Below are positions 17,621 to 32,199 of a DNA stretch of 64,000 nt, piece by piece. The position numbers and the translations under genes are program-made. Under the pieces are notes generated by a model. It saw nothing but the letters and a program-made list of their open reading frames with translations, ran no database searches and was not told the origin of the DNA. Position 1 is the first letter of the stretch. Every line of letters begins with the position of its first letter. The stretch is from Eledone cirrhosa (Eukaryota), in the NCBI GenBank assembly GCA_964016885.1, contig OZ024743.1:42594001-42658000 (forward strand). The letters run 5' to 3'.

Positions 17621-17727
17621 GTGCATATAATAATCATTTTCTCTGTGTTTGTTTATGTGTATGTTTGTGTAGATGTGTGTGTATGTAATAATTATTTTAA
17701 ACTAGAGTTGTTAGATTGGCTACACTT

Positions 17728-18018
17728 TTGTGAGTGTATATGTGTGAGTGTTTGTGTGTGAGTATATGTTTGTGAGTGCTTGTGTGTGAGTGTATGTGTG
17801 TGAGTGCTTGTGTGTGAGTGTATGTGTGTGAGTGTGTGTGTGTGAGTGTATGTGTGTGAGTGCTTGTGTGTGAGTGTATGTGTGTGAGTGCTTGTGTGTG
17901 AGTGTATGTGTGTGAGTGCTTGTGTATGAGTGTATGTGTGTGAGTGCGTGTGTGTGAGTGTATGTGTGTGAGTGCTTGTGTGTGAGTGTATGTGTGTGAG
18001 TGCGTGTGTGTATGTGTT
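17728..18018. repeat. TG-rich minisatellite (~28-bp period, tgtgtgtgagtgtatgtgtgtgagtgct)
   Basis: Direct reading. Confidence 0.9.
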
Positions 18019-18104
18019 GTCCAACGAGCCAAGTCCCGGGCAATATTGAAATAAATTAGAATTATCAAGAATAAAAAGTATATATATAGAGAGAGAGAGA
18101 GAGG

Positions 18105-18141
<37 letters not shown>

Positions 18142-18145
18142 GGGG

Positions 18146-18187
<42 letters not shown>

Positions 18188-19216
18188 ATGCAATAACTAG
18201 TTAGTTATCACATAACTAATAAGCTCTGTAGCCTACATAGAGCAATCTTTTTTCCTGTACCTTTCCGACGGAATTACTTCATATATATATATGTGTGTGT
18301 GTGTGTGTGCGTGTGTGTGTGTGTGTGTGTGTGAAGTAATTCCGTATATATATATATTTATGTATATATATGATGTAATTTTCTGGATTTCACAAAATCT
18401 GTGGATAAAATTTCTGTCTTGACTTTTTTTAATTGAGATTGAATTATTTTCCCATATCTTACGTTAAATATTTTCCATCTTGACGTTATAGTCACTTATA
18501 TATTATAAAATACTGTTGGCTTCTTGCTCACATTAATTTCTCTATTTTCATTTATATTTATACTCTGAATTTTTCCTAGTGTGCTTAAAATTATTTGTGA
18601 CTAATCCCGGTCTTTTTAAAAAAACTGCGATAATATTGCTTTATGGTGAACACCATACCTTTTGTTGACTTTTTTTCGGAATGTTTTGACTGCTGTTTCT
18701 TGTAAACAGACATTCGTCTTATTCTGACGTCACTAGCGCTGATCTCCATGTGTGTTTATTATCTTAATTCCACACGTTAAATATTTTCCATCTTGACGTT
18801 ATAGTCACTTATATATTATGAAATACTTGTTTCTACTTTAGACACAAGGTCAGCAATTAACCAGTACATTACTGGTACTTTATTTTATCGACCTCGTTGG
18901 CTTCTTGCTCACGTTAATTTCTCTTTTTTCATTTATATATATGTATATATATATATATGTATATATATTATAGTTATTATCTTCACGCCATAAGGGTTCA
19001 CACAGGTTGTTTTCGATTGTGCACCATGCGGTCTAGATTATGCGCGTAATTTTCGTTAAGACAAATATGACCGGCGTAAAGAAAAGTGACCGTCGCTATT
19101 AACGTGAGATCTCGTTAGATGCAGGGGGTGCGGGTAAACTTTCGTAATAATTATTGTGTTGTTGTTCCCTATTGTTGGGGCATAACACTTGCTAATATTA
19201 TAGTTAGGGAGAATAG

Positions 19217-19400
19217 ACGGTGGATTGGCAGTATCGGTAGATGGTCGGACGCCATGCTTTGAGGCATAGAGTTACGGGCCTTGCCATTCTGAGTTCAAAT
19301 CCCACCGAGGTTAGCTTTGCCTTTAATCCTTACGAAGTCGATAAAATAAAGTACCAGTAATGCACTGGGTAATTGCTGTCCTTGTGTCAAAAGTAGAATA
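19217..19400 (+). mobile_element. tRNA-derived SINE (octopus-type); other copies at 26273-26460(+), fragments at 18827-18896(-) and 20055-20122(-)
   Basis: A-box-like tggcagtatcgg, B-box gagttcaaatcc, shared 3' body gtcgataaaataaagtaccagt...ttgtg(t/c)caaaagtagaa. Confidence 0.8.
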
Positions 19401-19910
19401 GTTAGGGAGAATTTCTCTTGCCAATATTATATTTATTTATTTGTATTAAAGTGTGTATTGTGGTCAAATGCCAATTATGTGTATATGCTGTTATACGTAT
19501 CTTTGTTTCAAATTCTCTAAGGTGTTTGTGGGTTTGTGGTATTACTATCGAATTGTGTTTTTAATTGTATTGTCATATGTCAAGGATTGTTTGAGAATCA
19601 TCCTACGTGTGTGCGTCTGCATGTAATTATACTGATCCTGTTGTCGTGTTCCTGGTTGCTGTATGTTTGTGATAGTACTGGCCATTGACGCCAGCCTGTG
19701 TCTGTTCATGTGTGTGTATTACCGGGTATCCTAATCTTACTTTTCAGATATTTGGTCGTTGATTTCAAGCCCTACAATATCCTGTATCTATCACTTATGC
19801 AAAGCGAACATATTTTTGTTTCTTTAATATCCGGTTTGGTAATTCTCAAGAATGCTCCATTCTTTTATCTCTCGCTAAGTGTTTAGCGATATATTTAGCT
19901 TTATTGTTTA

Positions 19911-20507
19911 CTAGCTGAGGTATCCGGTAATACCCGAGAGCAGGGGCATTCTCAGTTCCCAGTAAAATGCCCAATGCCTCTCAGACAAAAAATGAAATCA
20001 AAATATAGGACAGATCATGAAAAGCGAAGACAAATTCATTTATGAAACAATAATTGTTTCTACTTTTGGCACAAGGCCAGCAATTAAAATCAGGGTATTA
20101 CTGGTACTTTACTTTATCGACGCCATAATATTGTTGATTGCATTGGTCAGGCGAAAAAATGTTTGTCAGAGAAGTTGGGTGTTGCTATAAGGAAAAATAT
20201 AGAACACCCATTGGGGTATTTTAATATTATTGACATTTGCTGAACTTTTGTGAATAGGCATCATATCTTGTCATTTACCTATGGTTTAAATTTCAAATAA
20301 ATCGAAGGAAAAAGATTTTCAACGGGAGTTTTGTGCCGCCGGGGAACTCTTTGATTAAAATGAAATATACGTAAGAAATCAAATGGGCATGAACCCCACA
20401 AACGTGTCAAGTTTCATCAAGATCGGTTTGTTAGTTTTTGAGTTTTAGGTTCACAAACAAATCCACAAACACACAAACAGACACAAATTGCCATTTACGT
20501 TTATAGA
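19911..20507 (-). mobile_element. Non-autonomous Helitron-like element
   Basis: On the minus strand it starts A|TC and ends CTAG|T, with a subterminal hairpin ggtat..atacc. Contains an internal (ACAA/ACAG) tract and shares sequence with 14330-14400. Confidence 0.55.
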
Positions 20508-20632
20508 TATTACTATTGGCGTTTGATTTAGCATTTTGGTATATATTAGTTACATTATAAAAGAATAGTTAATTATATTTACGTTTATGTATGTATATAC
20601 ACATATACATACATAAACATATACACACACAT

Positions 20633-20740
<108 letters not shown>

Positions 20741-20814
20741 AGGAGGTGAGTTTTATTGTAGCACAATAAAGCAATGCAAATATCGGATAAGTAGCACTCT
20801 ACAGTTTGTAGGAC

Positions 20815-21150
20815 TGGAGTATAAATAATATAAGATCAAAAGATGATTAAAAGAGTTCGAAGTATTTTATTATGCACATTTCAAAACCAAATATCATCAT
20901 GGGATGATATCTGCGTTCTCATCAGATAAAATAGGGATACATGATATGAAGCTTAAAAAACACTTTTGAATAGTGAAGTATTAAATCAACTTCACTATTC
21001 ACAAGTGTTTTTTAAGCTTCATATCATGTATCCCTATTTTATGTGATGAGAACGCAGATACCATCCCATGATGATATTTGTTTTTGAAATGCGCATACAA
21101 AAATACTTGGAACTCTTTTAACCATCTTTTGATCTTATATTATATATATA
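20815..21150. repeat. Head-to-head inverted pLTR pair with a hammerhead at 20863-20933(-) and a decayed mirror copy on +
   Basis: Minus strand: tattttat-CTGATGA-gaac..gatatcatcccatgatgatattt..gtttt-GAAA-tgtgca-TA-ataaaata. Mirror copy has GTGATGA and tgcgca. Confidence 0.75.
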
Positions 21151-23611
21151 TACCTTGGCATACTTAGCAAGAATATTTTAGACAGAATAATACCACAAAT
21201 TAAGGAATTATCTTATTTAGAATTATGGAAAGGAACTAATGAAGTTATCGAATGGTTTAAGGAAATTAAATATAATTATATTAATAAGTTTATTCAATTG
21301 GTATTGCTAATTATTACTCATCCATCACTCCTAATCTACTTAATAAAGTACTAACATATGCATTTAAACATACAGACTTAATTAGTAATGAAATGCACAT
21401 TATCTTATCGGCACGGAAAACATTAATTGAATTTAACAACCAAATCTGGACTAGAGCAGATAGAAATAATAATTTCGATATCACTATGGGATCATCCGAT
21501 TCCCCTCAGGTAACGGATTGTGTGGGGCTTTTTATAAATAATTCTCTACATAGAAAAATACCGGAGATGACCGGAGGTTTATATCGCGACGATATGCTAT
21601 TACTTATCGAAAATAATAACTGTGAATTAAATAAGAAAAGAAAAGAAATTATACAATGTTTTAATTACCTTAATCTAAAAGTAGAAATAGAGAATAACCA
21701 TAAAATAGTTAATTTTCGAGATGTAACCTTAAACCTTTACACATGTCTTCAGTATCCATTTCACAAACTAAACGAGAACTTAAACTACGTTAATTTTAAC
21801 TCTAATCACCCCATAATCCGTTAAAAATACTATAGTGAATTCTGTACAGCAGCGCATTTCTAGAATTTCAGGAATATATTTGATGATAAAGCACATTATT
21901 ACAACGAAGGAATATATTTGATGATAAAGCACATTATTACAACGAAGCGTTAGGAGGAGCTGGATATAGAAATAAAATTAAGAATAATAATATAACAACT
22001 AACCATAATCTTAACAATTTTAACAACTATAATAGAAAACCTTACAATAATTCGGAAAACAAAAAAAGAAATAGAACTAGGAATATATTATGGTTCGCTC
22101 CTCCTTTCTCATTAAATATTAAAACTCCTATTGCTAAACTATTCTTTAAAGCTCTTGACAAATGCTTCCCTAGAACACATATGTTGGTTCTTCATAATCT
22201 TAACAATTTTAACAACTATAATAGAAAACCTTACAATAGAAAACCTTAAATAACAATTGTTTAGCTAAAAATATAGTATATAATTTTAATGTAAAAACTA
22301 ATTTAAATTCATTTAATTATGTAGGATCTTCTTCCACGGAGTTTAAATCTCGTCTTAATAACCATAAATGCACTTTTACGAATTTAAGAAAAAAATCTTC
22401 AACTTCTCTATCTAGCTTATTATGAGACCTTAAATCAAACAACATTAAATATTCTTTACTTTGGAATATTATTTCAAAAGCTCCTCCATTTAACTCCTCT
22501 TCCGAAAATTGTGATAGAGGAAATATTCTTTATATTAAAAAGCAAAAGTTCCGTGAACGTAAGAAACAATCTTTTCAGTTGCTGCAAACATAGATTGAAT
22601 TCAACGTTTAAATATAAATTTAAAATGTAATATCTAACTTATTCTATTAAATCTATTGAACCTATCGATAAATCATTAGATTCCTTCATTTGACTGCTTA
22701 AAACTCTCCCTAAAAATGTTTTCCTTGAAAATTTTTCTAGATAAACATACTGAAAGCTTTTAAACGAGAGAGATTTTTGGAAAATATTTTTTTTGAAAGT
22801 TTCTCCTATTTTTTGAAAATTTCTCTTTTTTTTGAAAATTTCTCTTTCTTTGAAAATTTCTCGTATGGTTATAACAAATTAAGTTAAGCATACTGAGAGT
22901 TAAATATTATATAAAAAAGAATTAAAATTTATTTTTATACTGAATTTTTTATATATATTCTTGTATATTTTTAAAAATTATGTCTTAAATATTTTTTTTA
23001 ATTATATTGTTTCAAACTTATATTGCTTAAAATTATAAGAATATATTTCCAAATTGTAATTCCTCTTAAAATTATAATCCTTTTAAAATTATAACTCATT
23101 TTTTATTTTATATTTTATATTATGTACTTTATATTTATCTATATATATATGATGTATGTCTACCTATATGTGTATATATATGTGTATGTATCTATATATG
23201 GGTTGTGTATCTCTGTTTATATATATTATTGGTGCATGTGTCTATGTCTCTATATATGTATATATACAATTCGAATACACTCTGTTATAAATGGTTTCTT
23301 ACGGTTTATGCTAAACAAACTTATATTATAACAGTCACAACTATATAACTGGTAGATTTATGAGATATATAAAATTTATAAAATTTATAAAATTATAACT
23401 TACTAGTAAATAATATAAGGTTTTTATAATCTTAACTTTCTTTTATCATCTTAACATTTATAACATATAAGTAAATAACTTAATTTCCTTCACGCTGTAT
23501 TGCTATTACATAGAAACGATTTTTCTCCGATTTCTCCGAAAAATCTATGAATTTCCATAACTTTAGAAAAATTCCTATATCTTAAACATAAAAAATCTTT
23601 TTTTGTATATA

Positions 23612-23691
<80 letters not shown>

Positions 23692-24410
23692 GGTATGTAT
23701 ATATATATATGAATATATTCTGTTTAATAATATATAGATTTATAAATAATATATAGTTTTTAATAATATATAGATTTTAATAATATATAGATCTCAATTT
23801 TTAATGTGTAGATCTCAATAATTTAATTAATAAACTAAACATTTAATCAAATTTAAACATTAGATAAAATTCTCCGGTTATTATTATTTATTTATTTTCT
23901 ATTCACGCTTATTTACTCTGCCTAACTCATCCAATAAATATTTATTTTTTCGCTTCATCTAAAAATTTACGTTAATACAACAACCTATCACTTAGGGCTT
24001 TCTCTTTCTCTTTCTTTTTTTCTCTTTCTCTTTATCTTTCTCTTTCTCTTTCTTTTGTTTTCTTCTTTTCCTCTTAGAGTTTGCTCTTTCTTTTCTCTTT
24101 TTCGTTCTCTTTTCATTTTTTCTTTTTCCATACTCCAACGGCCTATTTTAAATCTACTGTGATTTAAACATATCCGACACTAATTTGCATAATAGACTAA
24201 ATAAATTTAATAACCCCGCTATCCGCGAGCTTCCAACATAAATGGTCGCATTCTTTAGGCGTATGGCAATATATATTCATAAAACTGATCTATATTATAT
24301 TTTATCTGATGAAAGCGCACCATAATTTGACTTGGTGTCCTTGAAATATGTATAATGAAATAAATATGGTTTTATAAATATAGTTTCCATTTGTTAATAT
24401 ATCGTATATA
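21150..24410 (+). mobile_element. 5'-truncated degenerate Penelope-like element (Naiad-like), with RT, GIY-YIG, long AT-rich 3' UTR and pLTR
   Basis: FDITMGSSDSPQVTDCVGLF, GGLYRDDML, YVNFNSNHP; NCLAKNIVY...YVGSSSTEFKSRLNNHK at ~22255-22370; terminal CCKH. Confidence 0.85.
24298..24362 (+). ncRNA. Type I hammerhead in PLE pseudo-LTR
   Basis: tattttat-CTGATGA-aagcgcacca..tggtgtcctt-GAAA-tatgta-TA-atgaaata. Confidence 0.75.
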
Positions 24411-24474
24411 TATATACATATATACAAACACATATACACACATACACACATATACACATATATATATACATGTG

Positions 24475-24520
<46 letters not shown>

Positions 24521-24535
24521 TATATATATATATAC

Positions 24536-24647
<112 letters not shown>

Positions 24648-24839
24648 CGGCGATGAATTAGTTTTGCGAGGTTTTTTATATGAAATCGTGTGTCGAAACA
24701 GATATTGTTATACTTGGGGAGGGTCATATTTGCGTAATATTGCCAGAATTAATAACAGAACACACTCACTGTTTGGTTGGTTTTCGCTTCTATTCATATA
24801 CACACACTCACATACATATACATACATATATATATATAT

Positions 24840-25745
24840 TCCTGCCAGATGGTTGAACGTCTGAAAGCATATACTTTCCTTATGCATATTAACGGCTGAG
24901 CAGCCTAATTTGCATATCGATTGAGTTCAGTCGGCCGGGCACACCGAAGACGATAAATGGAAATGGAATAGAATGAAACGAAATTTCATGTCTCACTCTT
25001 AGTACGGCACTTAATTAAATGTAAGTATGTATGTGTACGTACATACATATATGTATACAGACGTTCAGTAGTATGTATATACATACATATATACATGTAT
25101 ATATATATACATACATGCACACATATATATATGCACGTATCGGTTTACCGAACATTTATTATAATGCTCGGTTTGTTTGTTTGTAAACAAACAAACAGCC
25201 CGAATTACGCCGTACAGTATTTAGGCAACCACGTCACCTTTTTGTTCAACACTGACACAGGAACGATATACTTGTTTCAAGCTTATTAGCTATCGTCAGC
25301 ATCGTATACCTTCCTGCCAGATGGTTGAACGTCTGAAAGCATATACTTTCCTTAGGCATATTAACGGCTGAGCAGGCTAATTTGCATATCGAGTGAGTTC
25401 AGTTGGCCGGGCACACCGAAAACGATAAATGGAATAGAATGAAACAAAATTCCATTTCTCACTCTTAGTACGGCACTTACTTAAATGTAAGTATGTATGT
25501 ATGTATCGTTTTCGGTGTTCCCGGCCGACTGAACTCACTCGATATGCAAATTAGCCTGCTCAGCCGTTAATATGCCTAAGGAAAGTATATGCTTTCAGAC
25601 GTTCAACCATTTGGCAGGAAGGTATACGATGCTGACGATAGCTAATAAGCTTGAAACTAGTATATCGTATTTACAAACAAACAAACCGAGCATTATAATA
25701 AATGTTCGGTAAACCGATACGTGCATATATATATGTGTGCATGTA
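24840..25745. mobile_element. Retrozyme-like family B array: ~472-bp unit x1.4 plus an inverted partial copy; HHRs at 25263-25305(-) and 25624-25670(+)
   Basis: cctgccagatggttgaacg at 24841 and 25313; inversion near 25505; atacgatg-CTGACGA-tagctaataagctt-GAAA-ctag-TA-tatcgtat. Confidence 0.8.
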
Positions 25746-25851
25746 TGTATATACACGTATACATACATACATACTTACATATATATATATATTTATTGAA
25801 ATATGAATGTATGTATATTCTTCTTCTTGAAGTATGACATATTCACAATAG

Positions 25852-26100
25852 TTATAGAGACATATTGAGATTGGTGAGCCAGACTAAGGCGTCATTTGAA
25901 GTATTATGGGTCGCCTCCAGGCAGCCGGGAAACCATTTGAGGGGGCAATTCTGAATAACACGCAAGAATGTCTGGTCAGGGTCCCTCCGGTCACATGTTT
26001 GGTTGTCTATCATTCTCCACCGACGGGATTGATAGGCTGTCGTGTCATGCGTTGTCCGGGTTCAATTAAGGGACAACCATTGCTCTCTAGGAAGGACAAT
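25852..26100 (-). mobile_element. 3' fragment of a LINE (Ingi/Vingi-like C-terminus, decayed zinc knuckle)
   Basis: Minus translation LPREQWLSLN*TRTTH...WRMIDNQTCD...QT..VIQNCPLKWFPGCLEATH..ALVWLTNLNMSL*. Clade assigned from recalled motifs. Confidence 0.6.
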
Positions 26101-27654
26101 GTCAGCTGGGCTACATATGGGGTCCTAAACGAGTTTATGGGGTCTTGGACAAATTTGTGTGTGAGTATGTATAAATATATGTAAATGAGAGGTGTGTTTA
26201 TCTGTTTGTCTGATAATCACACAAATCAGTCTTTGAATGAAAGACTGCTAATCTTTCATTATTTTATAGTTAGGGCGGTGGATTGGCAGTATCGATAAAG
26301 CGTTGGACGCCATTCTTTGTAGCATAGAGTTACGCGCCTTTATGATTTGAGTTCAAATCCCGCCGAGGTTAACTTTGCCTTTCATCCTTACGGGGTCAAT
26401 AAAATAAAGTACCAGTAATACACTGTGATAATTGCTGGCATTGTGCCAAAAGTAGAAACAATTATTTTATAGTTAGTTCTTCAATAATGGGCATTGGATC
26501 TAGGTGTCTGAGAAAGTATCTAATTGTGCGAGAGTGAAAATGAAACAAATAACTAGAATTAAACAAAATAATTGCTACATGGTTTCAAACGTCACCTACG
26601 GCCCTTTTTCGGTATATTCAGTGCATAAGTAACAGGGATTAGGGAATGCCATGTGATTCAAAATATTTCGGGCGTTCCATGACATGAAAACATCAACACT
26701 GCAAGGTACGATAACCTTTGTGATCCTCTGTGGTGAGGAAGTTAAAAGATTGTGTGCAGTGTAATATGGAATACAATATCCGGTATGACTAATAATGTCG
26801 TTGGAAGAAATATATCAATTAGAAAACGTATAGCATTCATTGAGTTCATATGCCAGTGAGAGAAAAGTTTCTAATGATTTGATTGATCCGTTTTCGGGAA
26901 AATAAAGCAAGTTGACTTCTCACTTATTTAGTCGTTATTTTTAATATGATCGTTGTTCACAAATGCCTATGTTTAATTCCTGTATTTCCCATTATAATTA
27001 ATTAGATATCTCACTTCTATTTTCTCATACTGGCTTATATGCCACATTTTTAGAAGTAAGAAATGCAATCAAATTACTTGTTTGGCTTTCATTTTCAAAA
27101 CACAAAAGAATTCAATGTTTTTCTACAGTAAACATTAATATTTTAATAATAATATATTATTTTCCTCTATTTTAATGTATCTGTTGGAAAGCTAGAAAGT
27201 TAAGAACATCATTGTAACCCAGTTTAGATGAGAAATAATAGAAAAAATGTTATAACATTAACAAAAATAAAACGAATAAAATGAAAGTAAGAATATTAGA
27301 AGATAAGCCATTTGCAGACATAGTAGGAATTAGATCATTAATAGTTATCCGCTAAATAGCAGGTCGTATGATTGTTAGATATAATAGTGAATGTATTCAC
27401 TGTCTTTTTCATTAGATTAGTCAATCATAGGAAGACATCTGACGTTCATTAAATTGGGAGACTTTTGATTTGCTGTCAGAACGTTGAACAAGTTATTCTT
27501 CAAAGAAATTGCCAAGTTCAACGCAAATTGATTTGGATTCTAAAAACAACACTAACGAAGAATGATAGAATAAAAACATCAAATGCATGAATTAAAATAA
27601 GACATCAATAGAATCTAGATTCAATTGCCATATCAGTAAAAAGTCGAGCTGAAT

Positions 27655-28105
<451 letters not shown>

Positions 28106-28212
28106 TCCATGCTAGCGTGGAAGATAGATGTTAAATGATGATGATGATATATATATATATACGTTATTCCGGGTTGAATCGGAGGTAACCACAGTAAGTA
28201 AGGCACTCAATA

Positions 28213-28372
28213 CATAGCAGAGTATAACAGTTTTAATATAGATGAGATTCTACAGGACTAGAACTGTTTCATTCATTAGAAATCATCAGGAATCAGATTC
28301 TTGATGATTTCTAATGAATGAAACAGTTCTAGTCCTGTAGAATCTCATCTATATTAAAACTGTTATACTCTG

Positions 28373-28375
<3 letters not shown>
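28213..28375. repeat. ~80-bp-arm palindrome with a degenerate hammerhead-like core in each arm
   Basis: tagcagagtataacag...gaatc/a/gattc...ctgttatactctgcta; (C/T)TGATGA-tttctaatgaat-GAAA-cagt-TC with weak stem I. Confidence 0.7.
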
Positions 28376-29780
<1,405 letters not shown>

Positions 29781-30565
29781 ATTATTGCTTAACGTTGCTG
29801 TGAAATTTACAAAAAAAAAATCAGAAATTCTAAGAGAAATTTTTCAGCTTCGAGTGAAAATTATATCTATTAAAAATGAAACTGGGAATTATATTAATTT
29901 CACTATTAATGTTATCTATCTCATAACGGAATAAAATACAGAATGCTCTTCAATATTTTATATATTACCTCATGTACTTATTTAATATTACCAATTCATA
30001 TGAACACAAAGGCAACACACCATATAATTTCTGTTATATTTTAAGGTTATTACATTAGTTTAATTTTTGTAACCTTTTCAAATGGGTTTCTATAGAGAAC
30101 GTGGCGACTTAGTCGTATAGAGTGTACGCTGTGTATGCAGCTGTTTCCATTCATAGCTTCTAACCTACATAGTAGTTTTCTGTAGTTTAGTTGAGATTTG
30201 GTAGAAGAAATGTAGTGACTGAGGAAATAATTGAGTTATTCACACCTTTCTCAACATCAAATACTATATAGTTCAGCGTTGCATTTCATCTCTATTGGCT
30301 CTATTGTAATGAGTTTCAACTAACTATTACCAATGTGCTCAATCGTTCAGATTGTATACAAGTGATAGAAAATACACCATAAAGGCCAGGATTTATTTTC
30401 TTTCTACATAAATACGTATATGTGTATATATATTTGTTTGTGTGTGTGTTTTTTTCTGCGAGTGTACGTAAGTGCATCATTTTGTGAATGTGCATGTTTG
30501 TGTGGACATAGGTATATATATATATATATACACATACCACACACACACACACACTCACACACATA

Positions 30566-30611
<46 letters not shown>

Positions 30612-30768
30612 TGAATATATATAGAGGGAGAGACAAAGAAAGAAAGAAAGAAAGAAAGAAAGGGAGAAGGGAGAGAGAAAGAGAAAGAAAGAGAGAGAGG
30701 AAGAGAGAAATAATGAAAGAGAGAGTTAGAATGAGAGAGAGTGAAAAAGAGAGAGAAAGAGGGAGAGG

Positions 30769-30799
<31 letters not shown>

Positions 30800-31049
30800 G
30801 GGGGGAGAGAGGGAGAGAGAGAGAGTTGTTAGTTCCACAACAGTTATTAAACCATTTTCGCTGATCTTCAGAGTTTGAAAAGTCGCAAGGCGTGTCGTCG
30901 AAAATGGTTTATCAACTGTTGTCGAACTCTAACTTCTACCGAACTCCTTCCATGGACTGAGTGCTGAACCATTTTTTTGTCCTTTGTACTATACGAACAC
31001 GCCAGAAAACAACATGACGGTAACATAGACAACATAGAAATTAAAATAA

Positions 31050-31668
31050 TATCTAAACATAGAAATGATCCAACAGGTAGGCAAATCAGAGAGGCGAGCG
31101 AAATAGTGCTTAGAAAGTCAAAGAGAAACAGAAAAAAAATGAATTGAATAACAACAACCAGACAAACAATACTGACTTAAGAGAAATATAAATAGATAAA
31201 TATATATATACACAAGCACAATAACAACAAACACATATAAACACACACTAATAAACATAGATAGAATACAAAAACCAAAACACATACACCCAAGCGCGAA
31301 CACACACACCAAACACTATACACGCACGCAAACGCATGCGCAGAGACGGAGACAAAAATAAATAAATAAATAAAATAAAAATGGCGTAGACATTACAATA
31401 CAATACAGTAGGGGGAAACATGATAATAGTACCACTGATGATGTTGCAGATGTGCAACGAAAGAACTTTGTAAGACTATATATATTTTTATATCTGTATT
31501 TTTAACCGTTTGTCAGTTAATGACAAACATTGATGGCCAAATGAATTAACTATGGAGATATAAATGATGCAGACGCGAAAAAGAAAACCAACGAAACAAT
31601 GAGTGTGTTTTGTTATTATTTCTGGCAATAGTATTACAACAATATGACCCTCCCCAAGTATAACAATA
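31050..31668 (+). mobile_element. Solo pseudo-LTR related to the 3' end of the PLE at 32200-35503, with a degenerate hammerhead near 31432-31475
   Basis: Shared atggcgtaga, gaaagaactttg and atgaccctccc.aagtataac end; CTGATGA-tgttgca gatg tgcaac-GAAA-gaac-TT. A fragment lies on - at 24700-24790. Confidence 0.65.
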
Positions 31669-31714
31669 TATATATATATATATATATTTAGAGGTGTGAC
31701 ACACGAGTTGTGAT

Positions 31715-32104
31715 ATATTAGTAAAAAGGAAAAGAAAATGGTGACAATTTTTTCCCAGTGAAAAATAGTTTAATTAGGAATACGTATAAATTAGTAATAA
31801 GTATTAGTTAGTATTCAGTTTTAGTTTTAAGTTTTTACCGGTTGCGCATTTCTTATGCTTTTCAAAAATAATTTTGAGATAGAGTGCTCGAGATTTTTGC
31901 TCTAATCTCTAATCAGATTAGAGCAAAAATCACTGGCACTCTATCTCAAAATTATTTTTGAAAAGCATAAGAAATGCGTAACCGGTAAAAACTTAAAAAA
32001 ACTAAAAATGAATACTAACTAATACTTATTACTATTTTATAGTTATTCCTAATTAAACTATTTTTCACTGGGAAAGATTTGTCAGCATTTTCTTTTCCTT
32101 TTTA

Positions 32105-32110
<6 letters not shown>
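31715..32110. repeat. ~195-bp-arm inverted repeat; same sequence family at 2105-2300 and 50275-50323
   Basis: Centre near 31912 (gctctaatct...agattagagc). Confidence 0.85.
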
Positions 32111-32171
<61 letters not shown>

Positions 32172-32199
32172 CGTTTCTGAATTTGTTTAGCAAGATTCT

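Noticed and set aside
22423-22425. In-frame TGA in the Naiad-like element as selenocysteine
   Set aside because: It falls where Trp is expected (L-W-D-L-K), so it is more simply TGG>TGA decay, and no SECIS was recognised.
30825-30935. CTGAAGA-tcagc-GAAA inside an inverted repeat
   Set aside because: Stem II is too short and there is no stem I. Kept only as one of the fold-back repeats.
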